In this document: positions 35,633 through 44,324 of the stretch, piece after piece
How the letters are laid out: each line of letters opens with the position of its first letter
Numbering within the stretch: the stretch's first letter is position 1
DNA from: Lysobacterales bacterium
GTDB lineage: Bacteria; Pseudomonadota; Gammaproteobacteria; Xanthomonadales; Ahniellaceae
DNA length: 64,000 bases
NCBI GenBank assembly: GCA_043738015.1
Contig: JAYSZM010000001.1
Span: 17,809-81,808 of the forward strand
Reading direction: 5' to 3'
Program-made: the position numbers and the translations under genes
The notes under the pieces: model-generated
The model's input: the letters and a program-made list of their open reading frames with translations, nothing else
Database searches by the model: none
Told to the model about the DNA's origin: nothing

Positions 35633-36631
35633 ATGTTGAAGCAACTGTTGGCCGCCTCGATGCTTCTGGCTCCGGTCGCCGCGACCGCGGCGATCCATTG
35701 CGTCTCCGATGCGAGTCAGTTCAGGGCGGCGCTCGCCGCGGCAGTCGACAACGGAGAAGCCGACGACATCCGCCTCACTCGCACGACGTTCTACGCATCA
35801 AGCACCGCGCCCTTCCGCATCCATCAGACTGAGGCGCATTCACTGCGTATCTCGGGCGGCTGGTCTGGAATCGGGAGTGGTTCGTGCATCCTGCAAAGTT
35901 ATGACGCCACACGCACCATACTCGATGGCAGCTACCGCACGCAGGTGCTCGATATCCTCATACTTGGCAGCCACGCCATGGTGCCGGTGACGGTGGATAC
36001 GCTTACCCTGCGCAATGGTCGATCCAATGGCGGTTTCGCCTCCGGATTGTCGGTCGGCGGTCTTCTGGACGGCGCGCCAATCGTCATCGTTGAACGGATC
36101 ATCGTGCATGACAATGTCAGCACGCAGGAAAATGTATCGGCGGTTTCGTTGGACAGCGACGATCATTTCGTTCGGTTCAGCAACAGCATTGTCCGACAAA
36201 ATACAACCATCAATGTGCCAGCCGTGTCGATGTTGTCCAACGATGGGGGCGCCGCGTTGAACCACGTCAGCCTCATCTACAACACAGGAACCTAAGGCGG
36301 TGGCGCGATCGTGATGCGGGGCAGCGCGTCGGCACAAATCACTGGCAGCCTGTTCTGGGGCAATGCGGATGGCGATTTGTATGCTCAAGGCAATGTTCGT
36401 TATCACCACAATCGCTTCGGCACCGGGAACCTGACGTTGATCGAGCAGGCAGGATTCGGAAACGCCCAGATCGCTGACCCGATGCTGCAATCGACGATCG
36501 TGCCGCGCCCTTTGGCCGCATCACCGTTGCGCAATCAGGGTGCCTCGACGGTTTCCACAAGGGATGTCTACGGCCGTAGCCGCACGCTTGGCGGCTACGC
36601 CGACACCGGCGCGGTCGAGTACATGAAGTAA
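35633..36631 (+). pseudogene. right-handed beta-helix (choice-of-anchor Q-like) secreted protein interrupted by an in-frame TAA
   Basis: ORFs 35633..36295 and 36311..36631 are in the same frame. Read-through gives ...IYNTGT*GGGAIVMRGSA.... The C-terminal part ends with the family-typical ...ADPML...SPLRNQGA...DVYGRSR...ADTGAVEY. Confidence 0.6.
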
Positions 36632-36838
36632 GGGCCGACACCTCGGTTCCAGCATTCCGGCGCCGATGCGGTGCGCCGGCCTGGCGGCAGGTTCAACCTG
36701 TGTTCTGCGGGCGGAAAGGGGATTGGACCAGGCGAGCGGGAGGCCGGCGATGAACCACGTATCCGGTTCCGGCCAGCCTGCCCGGTCGCCTGCAAACCGG
36801 GTGGTCCCCGGCGATCGGTGATGAGCGTTTTCCTGCAG

Positions 36839-36857
36839 GGCATCTCGGTGAGATGCC
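36839..36857. repeat. REP-like hairpin GGCATCTC-GGT-GAGATGCC
   Basis: Perfect 8-bp stem, same family as the 35.3-35.5 kb cluster. Confidence 0.7.
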
Positions 36858-36914
36858 GTCTCATCATCGCCGACCATTGGACCGGGTGATCACCTGCTCG
36901 CGCAACTTTTCAGA

Positions 36915-37286
36915 TCACGAACGGTCGAGTACCGCGAGCGTGCGTTTCAGCGAGTAGTGGCGATAGTTGGACTCGATCAATTCGCGTATCTCATCCGCAT
37001 CGCATCGATTGCTCAGATCGAGCGCGATCCCGCCGTTATGACCGAGATACGGTGGAACCCGATAGCGCGAATCCTCGACCAGCATGCTCTGCAGTACCGC
37101 GCCACGCCAGGTTGCCAGGCACAGCGGCTGCTCGAGAAAGTACAGCTGGGTGAAGCAACGCTTGCTGGCGCGCGACACCGCAAATACGAGCCAGGGTCCG
37201 CGCGCCGCCGATAAGATATCTCCCGCTATCGCAGCATCCTGCCCAATGTCGATGACACGCAATTTACTGCGATTCGGCTTCTTCAT
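36915..37286 (-). CDS. YjbR/MmcQ family protein, short copy with an unrelated N-terminus
   Basis: The C-terminal ~80 aa (KRCFTQLYFLEQ...YRVPPYLGHNGGIALDL...) parallel the C-terminal domain of the 40591..41364 protein. The DNA is 80/100 identical over the first 100 nt from the stop, counted by hand. Confidence 0.65.
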   Translation of the reverse strand: MKKPNRSKLRVIDIGQDAAIAGDILSAARGPWLVFAVSRASKRCFTQLYFLEQPLCLATWRGAVLQSMLVEDSRYRVPPYLGHNGGIALDLSNRCDADEIRELIESNYRHYSLKRTLAVLDRS

Positions 37287-37318
37287 CGCCTTCAGCGCGA
37301 CGCGCTCCGCCGCATCTA

Positions 37319-37591
37319 TCAGTTTGTCCGGTTGGTCCTTGCGGCAACTCCAGTCAAGGCGGCAAAAGGATTGCGCTGCAGCTTGGAATCAGGGTAGGGC
37401 ATCTTGATCGGCTCGGGTAATGGCTCGATCGGGCCGGTAGGGCGAGCGCGGATGTTCTCGAGACGTTTCTCAATCGCTTCGGCATCGAGCACGCGATCCT
37501 TGAAGCTCAGTGCTGCCAGCATCGCAACGGAGAGTGCGCAGCCCAGCGCCAGTTGCCCGGCCCGACGCAGATTGGTCCGATCATTGGCCAT
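37319..37591 (-). CDS. PilP-like protein, N-terminal segment only
   Basis: The ATG at 37591 opens a hydrophobic N-terminus. RARPTGPIEPLPEPIKMPYPDSKLQRNPF matches the PilP N-terminal motif (RARPxGxIEPLP...Y...RxPF). There is no C-terminal beta-domain. It overlaps the upstream gene by 11 nt. Confidence 0.5.
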   Translation of the reverse strand: MANDRTNLRRAGQLALGCALSVAMLAALSFKDRVLDAEAIEKRLENIRARPTGPIEPLPEPIKMPYPDSKLQRNPFAALTGVAARTNRTN

Positions 37592-38162
37592 GCACGCCGC
37601 CCCTGTGTCCGTTCGCGTCAACAACTGCGCTGCGAAAATAGCGCCACCGCAATGTGGCCGAGAGCTCGCTACCACCGCTATCGATAGCGGTCAGGTGCAT
37701 CGAATCGACCACTCTGAGCGGCGTCGCGCGGCTCACTTGATCCAACCAGGCAAGCACGGCGGGCGGCGGCCCGGACAACTCCATCTCGGCGTGCTTTTCG
37801 GCATAGAGTTCGAGCTTGCGTTCATCGCCCAACTCCAATCGAACCAGGTGCAGCCCATGCGCGTTCGCGGATTGGCGCACGTCGGCACGCAGCGCATCGT
37901 CGTCAAAGTGGTCGGGCAAGATGGCAGCCGCCGTTTCAGCAAGCGGCCGAAATTCGAGCCTCTGCTGCTTGAGTACGTCAATTTGCAGCGCGCTCGCTTG
38001 AAGGTGTTCGACTTGAGCCAGGCGCTCATCCAGCGTCGCCGAAATTTCGCGACGCTCGACCAGGGCGGGGTACAGCCAGATAGCACCCAGCAAGACTCCG
38101 ATTGGCCAGCCCAGCCAGGAGGCGCGTGACTTCGAGCGGGCATCTCGAGGTGAAGTACTCAT
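37581..38162 (-). CDS. PilO/GspM-like bitopic membrane protein
   Basis: A short cytoplasmic N-terminus, one TM (WLGWPIGVLLGAIWLYPALV), a coiled-coil-like segment and a ~90-aa C-terminal domain. The ATG overlaps the stop of the PilN-like gene (ATGA). Confidence 0.55.
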   Translation of the reverse strand: MSTSPRDARSKSRASWLGWPIGVLLGAIWLYPALVERREISATLDERLAQVEHLQASALQIDVLKQQRLEFRPLAETAAAILPDHFDDDALRADVRQSANAHGLHLVRLELGDERKLELYAEKHAEMELSGPPPAVLAWLDQVSRATPLRVVDSMHLTAIDSGGSELSATLRWRYFRSAVVDANGHRGGVHGQ

Positions 38163-38689
38163 GGCATTTCTGCCGTGGCTGGCGACTCGAACGAATCGCG
38201 CGCGAACGTGGCACGAATTTCGAATGCTTGCCTGCTGTCCTTTCGCGCCTTGGCGGGGTCAACCCGCTCCGGTACGAAGCCTGCGTCGCGCAATTGCGAC
38301 AACACGGTGACGACGTGCGCGTCATCGCTGGCGACACCGTCAAGGCTCAACTCCTTTCCCTGCAAACTCAGCGAGTTCAGCCGGATGCCGTCCGGGAAGG
38401 ATCCGATCGTGTTGAGCAGCAGGATCGGCAACGCTGCGTCCACCGCCAACGCGTCGACCATGGCCCTGCGCATCAGATAGCTATCGCGGAGTCTGTCCAA
38501 CTGATCGGTGTCTCCGCTCAATGCCTCCAGCCGGGCGTGCTCGCGCTCCACCGCCGTCGCCGCGGCGCGTAGTGCCGCGCTGTCCCATTTCACCAAGGTG
38601 ACTACAATCACCGCGCCCAGCAGGGACGCCAGCAACGGGCCAGCCAACCAGATCGCGTTGCGGGACGAAGCGCTGGCGGGCAGCTGCAT
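38159..38689 (-). CDS. PilN/GspL(C-terminal)-like bitopic membrane protein
   Basis: The ATG at 38689 opens a TM (IWLAGPLLASLLGAVIVVTLV), then a coiled coil, then LLLNTIGSFPDGIRLNSLSLQGKELSLDGVASDDAHVVTVLSQLRDAGF, which resembles the PilN periplasmic domain. The usual INLLP N-terminal motif was not seen. Confidence 0.55.
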   Translation of the reverse strand: MQLPASASSRNAIWLAGPLLASLLGAVIVVTLVKWDSAALRAAATAVEREHARLEALSGDTDQLDRLRDSYLMRRAMVDALAVDAALPILLLNTIGSFPDGIRLNSLSLQGKELSLDGVASDDAHVVTVLSQLRDAGFVPERVDPAKARKDSRQAFEIRATFARDSFESPATAEMP

Positions 38690-38748
38690 GTATTCACCGA
38701 ATCGTGGCCGGCAAGTTGGCAGCAGGATAGCAGTCCGCCGCTTCAAGG

Positions 38749-39309
38749 ATGACCCCAGTCCGTAGTGCTCGCCCCGCAGTACCGACATCGGCTACGCGTT
38801 CAAATGCATGCCCCAAAGCAGTACACGAATCGCTTGAGACATTTTCTGATCGGCCCAGGGACGTGGTGCTCGCTGCCGGGAGCCGCCATTGGCCCCTGGA
38901 AATTGCCGGCCTGCTGACCAAGGGCGCAGCCGACTGTGCGCGGCTGAGGGCGCCAGGTCCGTCGCTCGGAGGCGTGCCACAGATTCGTTGCAGCGACGTG
39001 CTCGACGTGGTGGTAGTCGCAGGCGGTATTGCAGTCATTCGGTTGCTGCGAGACATCGCCGAGGCCAAGCAAACGTCCGAAGCGCAGATAGAACGCCTGA
39101 ACTTGATCGCCATCGAGCGCAACGACAAATTATTGCGCCAATTCATCAAGGCGTACCAGGTGAGTCTCGCAATCGGGTTCTGGCAGTATCGGATCAAATT
39201 GTTGCCTGCCGATCAGCCTCGCCTACACGCGCTAACAATTCATGAGTGCGTCGCCAGCCGGCGGCCAAGCGCGGTGTTGCGAATCGGCAGTGGAGCAAGC
39301 GCGAGATAA
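38749..39309 (+). CDS. uncertain ORF; possible relic of an actin-fold (PilM/FtsA-like) C-terminal domain
   Basis: The plus-frame translation is more protein-like than any minus frame. LDVVVVAGGIAVIRLLRDIAE ... SLAIGFWQY are spaced about as the PilM AGG...GLAL motifs are. By my count GC is 74% at plus-frame codon position 3 and 69% at position 1; position 1 is the third codon position of the codon-aligned minus frame, so the two strands are not discriminated. Confidence 0.3.
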   Translation: MTPVRSARPAVPTSATRSNACPKAVHESLETFSDRPRDVVLAAGSRHWPLEIAGLLTKGAADCARLRAPGPSLGGVPQIRCSDVLDVVVVAGGIAVIRLLRDIAEAKQTSEAQIERLNLIAIERNDKLLRQFIKAYQVSLAIGFWQYRIKLLPADQPRLHALTIHECVASRRPSAVLRIGSGASAR

Positions 39310-39525
39310 GCGCCTGTCGCGAATCGAACTGGACGGCAACGCACAGGCCGCGACTACAGCGGACTCGTTGCCCGTGGAACCCCTGGAATGGAGGCGGCTC
39401 GACCAGTGGACTCATGCTTTGACGTGGCCCGCGTCCAGGGCCTTGCAATCCGCTGTCCCCGCTCGGTGCTGCTTTGCGTATGGGGCATCGAGGCATTTGA
39501 ATCCTGCAATGCCCGCAACCCAGTG

Positions 39526-40470
39526 ATGGAGACCGCCATGCCCCTTTACCGTTTGATGCCGCCGTTGTTGATGGGTTTCGCATTGTCACTCGGCGCCTGC
39601 GCGTCCGGCCCTGAGCAACTTGTCGCAGATCTGCAGAAAGCCGTAGAAGGCGGCGACATGGACGCGGCAATGGCACTAGGCAAGTTCGACGGGGCGCCTG
39701 CGCAACTGCATTTTTTCTACCTCGACCAGGTTGGCGAATGTGCTCAGGCGGATATTGTGTGCACGGTTTCATTGCAAGCGCTGGACGAGGAATTCAAGGC
39801 CAAACTGGTGGCGCAGGCGGAGCTGGGGTTGGAAGCGCCGGCCCCGCCGCTCGGTATCGTGTTGATTGAGCGTAAAAGCGCGGATGGCAAAAGTAGCAAC
39901 AAGCTGCGCATGCCCTACGCCAAGGTCGATGGCCGTTACCGGGTAGTGGCACAGCGTTACAGTGCCAGCAAGTTGGACGAGCTCGGTGACACCAGTAACG
40001 ATTCGCTCCTGCAGCGGGCGCTGGAGAAGGGTACCCATGACCCGAGCAGCGGGGCGGCGCGGCCACAGTGGCTCGACTCCGCGAGCAAGCTGCCAGCGGG
40101 TGGCGGCGCGCCAGGCGCAGCCTTCGTAAAACGCGCTGCCGCCCTCGCCGCAGCGGCACGGGCCGGCGACCCGGACATCGCCGCGCAAGTGGATGCCAAT
40201 CAACCGGGTGGATGGTTTTCCGACACGGATTGGAGCGGCACGCCCGTCGACTTGGCGACACGCAAGCACAGCCTGCGCGCACACGCGGTTCGCTTCCTGC
40301 ATGACATCGAGGTGACCGGCGGCTGGCAGGGCGAGGACAGTGCGATCCTGGTGGCAAATGCCATAGACGGTATCGGCTGGGTCGAGCGCGGCGCGTTCGT
40401 TCTGAACAAGACCGAATCCGGTTGGAGCTACGGCGGTATCCGCTTCACTGTCAGTTACCCGGCACCGTGA
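39526..40470 (+). CDS. hypothetical lipoprotein
   Basis: The ATG at 39526 (or 39538) gives METAMPLYRLMPPLLMGFALSLGACASG with the lipobox LGAC. No recognisable domain. Confidence 0.6.
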   Translation: METAMPLYRLMPPLLMGFALSLGACASGPEQLVADLQKAVEGGDMDAAMALGKFDGAPAQLHFFYLDQVGECAQADIVCTVSLQALDEEFKAKLVAQAELGLEAPAPPLGIVLIERKSADGKSSNKLRMPYAKVDGRYRVVAQRYSASKLDELGDTSNDSLLQRALEKGTHDPSSGAARPQWLDSASKLPAGGGAPGAAFVKRAAALAAAARAGDPDIAAQVDANQPGGWFSDTDWSGTPVDLATRKHSLRAHAVRFLHDIEVTGGWQGEDSAILVANAIDGIGWVERGAFVLNKTESGWSYGGIRFTVSYPAP

Positions 40471-40507
40471 GGTGATGGCTCGCACCAGGCAATAACAAGA
40501 TGACGAT

Positions 40508-40533
40508 GCATCTCGCAAGAGCTGCGAGACGCC
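40508..40533. repeat. REP-like hairpin (GCATCTCGCA-AGAGC-TGCGAGACGCC)
   Basis: A 7-bp stem TCTCGCA/TGCGAGA between convergent genes. Related to the GGCATCTCGCAGAGATGCC family. Confidence 0.55.
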
Positions 40534-40590
40534 GTCTCAACACCGCCAAGCAATCGACATGGCGCCAGTCGCACCGCACTCGAGCTGATC

Positions 40591-41364
40591 TCACGATCCG
40601 TCGAGCACCGCGAGCATTCGTTTCAGCGCACAGTGACGATAGCTCTGCTCGATCAATCCGCGCATCTCGTCGGTATCGCAGCGCTTGCTCAGATCGAGTG
40701 CGATCCAGCCGTTATGACCGAGATAAGGCGGCACCCGATAGCGTGTGTCTTCAATCAGCATGCTCTGCAGATCAGTACCCGTCCAGACCGCGAGACGCAG
40801 GCGCTGATCAAGAAAATACAAGCGTGCAAAACAGCGCTTTCCCGCACGCCAAACCGGAAAGCCGAACTGCTGTTGCTCGTTGGTCTCAGGCAGTGCCAGA
40901 CACAGCTGGCGCACGCGTGCCAGCTTCTTCTGCGCTGCCGCCGACTGCATCGGGTCGAGTTCATCTGCAGCGAATGAATGGGTCGGCGCCGCCACCCTCG
41001 GAGTCGCCGAGATCGATGCACACAGCTTTGCTGGCGCGGTGTTCTCATAGGCCTCCCGTACCAATCCGGCAATTTTGCTCCACGCCAGACCGCGATCAAC
41101 ACATATGCCAAGCCAACCGCGTGGCCCAACATAGGGCGGCACAAAGAAGCACTCTGGCTCGAGTTCGGTATGCAGTGCCTGCGCACCCGCAGGTGAATTG
41201 AGCCACAGCGCGACCCGGCCGTCGCCATGCGTGTTCAACGCGTAGACTGCGAACACCTTGCCTTTGCGCACCCTGAAATTACGCGAGCCGTGCGAAATGA
41301 ATTCCTCTGCCTCAGGAAATGCCAGACAGAGTTCTCGCACCACCATGGAAATATCTCGGGTCAT
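40591..41364 (-). CDS. tandem-domain YjbR/MmcQ family protein
   Basis: Two YjbR-like halves (…FFVPPYVGPRGWLGICVD… and …YRVPPYLGHNGWIALDL…). The ATG at 41364 is preferred over the GTG at 41376. Confidence 0.75.
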   Translation of the reverse strand: MTRDISMVVRELCLAFPEAEEFISHGSRNFRVRKGKVFAVYALNTHGDGRVALWLNSPAGAQALHTELEPECFFVPPYVGPRGWLGICVDRGLAWSKIAGLVREAYENTAPAKLCASISATPRVAAPTHSFAADELDPMQSAAAQKKLARVRQLCLALPETNEQQQFGFPVWRAGKRCFARLYFLDQRLRLAVWTGTDLQSMLIEDTRYRVPPYLGHNGWIALDLSKRCDTDEMRGLIEQSYRHCALKRMLAVLDGS

Positions 41365-41751
41365 CGCTACGTCCACGTGTTGCCAGTCGGCAAAAATGTA
41401 CTGCGGAATTCGCCCGCGCGGCTCTGTATTTCCGTCAGTGCTTTAATCCCCCGCCGACCGGCGGCAAGGACTCGCGATACACGCAGCGCGCCTTGCTGAA
41501 GCTCTACTCGCCCGCCAAGCTGATTCAGGCGCAGATTTGCCCGAGAGCCGGCTGCGACCAGATGGGTATGGTCCGCCGTGATGCAGGCAAGAATTGCACG
41601 GTGATCTTGCCAGGATGCCGCTAAGTCTCACCAAGATCCCGCACCTATGCGACATTCACGAAGTCGCCATCTGCCTCCAGCGAAACCGGAGTAAATTCAC
41701 AGCGTCGCGTTCGGCGACGCGTCGAGGCGACCCGGTTCTCATTCGATCCGA

Positions 41752-43650
41752 TCATGCGAGCAGATTCTGGGCCCGGTCGACTTGCGGCAAATCAATCTCC
41801 AACGCGACGATTGTGCCGCAGCCAGGTGCGGCGTCGATATCGAGGCGACCACCAAGCTTCTCGGCCCGGCTGCGCATCCCGCTCTGCCCATAACGGTTTG
41901 TCGCCGCAGCCTGGGCAATGAACCCGCAACCGTTGTCCTCGACCGCGAACAGGCATCCGCGTTGAATGCGGATTGCGTGAAACTCAATCAGGTTTGATCG
42001 CGCATGCTTGACGGAGTTGACGATGGCTTCCTGAAGTATCCGCAAGATGCCCAGCAGCTGATCAGGATTGAATCCCTGTAGATCCAGATCCGGCTCGATC
42101 GTCCATCGCAGCGAAGTGCCGGTGGCATTCAGCAGCGGATCGATGCGCCCGCGTAGCGAACCAAGCGCCAGCGCCAGGTCACCATCATGCTGATTGAGCG
42201 AATCAAGCACCAGACGCATGTCGAGCAGGCCGGCCCGCACCGCTTCGATAATGGCACCGCGGCCGATACCGGGGTCGTTCGCGAGGTACACCAGCGCGGA
42301 GAGCTGTCCGGCAACACCATCGTGCATATCCTGCATGATGCGCTGTCGCTCATCTGCCAACGCCCGCTCGCGATCGACCCGCTGAATCCTGGCGTAGGAT
42401 TTGGCCAGCTCCTGTTCACGCTCGTTGATCTTGCGCGCAAGCTCATTCGTGTACTGCTTCATGCGCTGTTGATTGGCAAGCACGCGTCGGCCAAGCTCCA
42501 GACAGAAAGCAAGGGAAATCCCGAATCCCGAGACTGGGGTCAGGGCGTAAATCATCATCTCCAGGCTGCCGCGAATCACATCGTGCGTGCCGCAGACGGC
42601 AGGCAGCAACGCCGCGGCGAGCGTCCACTGGGCCATGCGACTGTCGCGTGTTCGATCAAGGTAGCGGTAGAGCCTGAAGACTGCGAAGGGCAGAATCAAC
42701 AGCGCGGTCCACTTGATCGCATAGTGAGGGGGTGCAATACGCCAGTAGTCGTCCAGCCCGGGCCAAAGGGTCGCGCCCAGCGTCAGCAGGGCACCGGATA
42801 AAAAATAGATGCCAGCGGTGCGAACCAGCCACAGCGGCGGTGCTTCCAGAATCGCAGTGACGAACACCGGTGAGAAGGAAAGTATTCCGAACAGCGAAAT
42901 CTGGAACACCGCAAATCGAACCACTTGCAGGCCGCCCCAGTCAGGTGCCAGATGCCAGGCGGCCAGCACCAGCCAAAAGGGCGCGGCCAACAGGAACCAG
43001 ATCACCACTCGTTCCTGCGAACCACGCCAGAGCATGCCCAGGGCAAACATCATCGTTGCCAATTGAAGCCAGAAAGAGGCCGCGATCAGATCATGGGTCA
43101 GCCAGCGCAGGCGTGCCAGGGGCTTTTCGAAGTCGCCGTACTCGCCAAGAAAAAAGGGGGCTACGCCACCAATGCCACGGCGTTCGATGGTCAATAGCCA
43201 GACAAGCTCATTGTGGTCGGGTCTTAGCAGCGGCGCCGGCAGACGGATGAGGCGACCCATATACCGATAGACGCTCGGCGGGGCCTGCATGCGTCCCTGC
43301 ATCTCGATCAGGGTGCCGTTGAGATACAGCGCCATATTGGCATCGCTGAAGGGGAAAAACAGCGCGGGGTCTTTCAGCGGTGTGGCATCACCAGCAAAGT
43401 GATAGCGCCATGCCGTGTAGGGCGTCGTGCATTTGACGCGGCATACCTTCAGCGGCAACTCAAAGTGCTTCCAGTCTGCCGGCCGCAAGTCTTGCCAGTG
43501 CTGAAGATCTTGCGGCAATTCGGCGGCACGGGCCTCGATCGCTGTGATCGGCTCGATGGCGGGCTCGGTCTCGCGGGCAAGCCAAAGCACCAGCGCTATA
43601 AAACCCATTGAAAGTAGCGCAGACGGAACAAGTGCGCGCGCAAGCTTCAC
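41752..43650 (-). CDS. 7TMR-DISM-type sensor histidine kinase (HisKA_3/NarL class)
   Basis: An N-terminal periplasmic domain, seven hydrophobic helices, the H-box ERQRIMQDMHDGVAGQLSAL and a HATPase_c domain (IVNSVKHA...DNGCGF...GMRSRAEKLGGRL). The GTG start overlaps the regulator stop (GTGA). Confidence 0.85.
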   Translation of the reverse strand: MKLARALVPSALLSMGFIALVLWLARETEPAIEPITAIEARAAELPQDLQHWQDLRPADWKHFELPLKVCRVKCTTPYTAWRYHFAGDATPLKDPALFFPFSDANMALYLNGTLIEMQGRMQAPPSVYRYMGRLIRLPAPLLRPDHNELVWLLTIERRGIGGVAPFFLGEYGDFEKPLARLRWLTHDLIAASFWLQLATMMFALGMLWRGSQERVVIWFLLAAPFWLVLAAWHLAPDWGGLQVVRFAVFQISLFGILSFSPVFVTAILEAPPLWLVRTAGIYFLSGALLTLGATLWPGLDDYWRIAPPHYAIKWTALLILPFAVFRLYRYLDRTRDSRMAQWTLAAALLPAVCGTHDVIRGSLEMMIYALTPVSGFGISLAFCLELGRRVLANQQRMKQYTNELARKINEREQELAKSYARIQRVDRERALADERQRIMQDMHDGVAGQLSALVYLANDPGIGRGAIIEAVRAGLLDMRLVLDSLNQHDGDLALALGSLRGRIDPLLNATGTSLRWTIEPDLDLQGFNPDQLLGILRILQEAIVNSVKHARSNLIEFHAIRIQRGCLFAVEDNGCGFIAQAAATNRYGQSGMRSRAEKLGGRLDIDAAPGCGTIVALEIDLPQVDRAQNLLA

Positions 43651-44324
43651 GAACGCAACCAGCCAGCCTGCACCGCTTCGAACACGGCCTGAGCCCGTGA
43701 ACTGACCGCGAGTTTTGCGTAGATCTGTTTGATGTGATGCACGACCGTGTGCTTGGAAATCTCCAGCATTGCGGCAGTTTCGTCATAGCTGAAACCGCGC
43801 GCCAGGGCCATCAATACTTCTCGCTCGCGTGCAGTGAGTTGGCTGAGCCCGGAATCCACCTCGATAGCCTTGTCGGCGGCGCTGTCTGCGTGCCGCAGAC
43901 GCCGCACAAGATGCGCTGCAATCGCCGGCGTCAATGGCGCGCCACCCGCCACGACCTCGCTGATGGCGAGTCGCATTGCGTCGATCGTTGCATCCTTCAG
44001 CAGATAGCCCGCAGCGCCGCGCTCGATCGCAGCAATCACGCTGTGTTCGTCGCCGAGTACCGAGAACACGATGACCTTGACACCGCGCGCGCTGAATTTC
44101 GGGATCAGTTCAAGGCCGCTTCCATCGGGTAGACCAAGGTCCAGCAGGAGAACGTCGCATGCAGTCTCGCCCTGCTGATGCGCCGACTCCAACGAGTCGG
44201 CTTCCCACACCCAGATCCAATTCGGTACCTCCTCGACTACCCGTCGTACGCCGACACGCAACAAGGGCTTGTCCTCAACCATTGCGATGCGAACGGGGGA
44301 TCGGGCGTTGGCCGGGGAACTCAT
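43647..44324 (-). CDS. NarL/LuxR family response regulator
   Basis: Receiver domain (VRIAMVEDKPLL...DVLLLDLGLPDGSG) plus a LuxR HTH (LTAREREVLMALARGFSYDETAAMLEISKHTVVHHIKQIYAKL). Confidence 0.9.
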   Translation of the reverse strand: MSSPANARSPVRIAMVEDKPLLRVGVRRVVEEVPNWIWVWEADSLESAHQQGETACDVLLLDLGLPDGSGLELIPKFSARGVKVIVFSVLGDEHSVIAAIERGAAGYLLKDATIDAMRLAISEVVAGGAPLTPAIAAHLVRRLRHADSAADKAIEVDSGLSQLTAREREVLMALARGFSYDETAAMLEISKHTVVHHIKQIYAKLAVSSRAQAVFEAVQAGWLRS

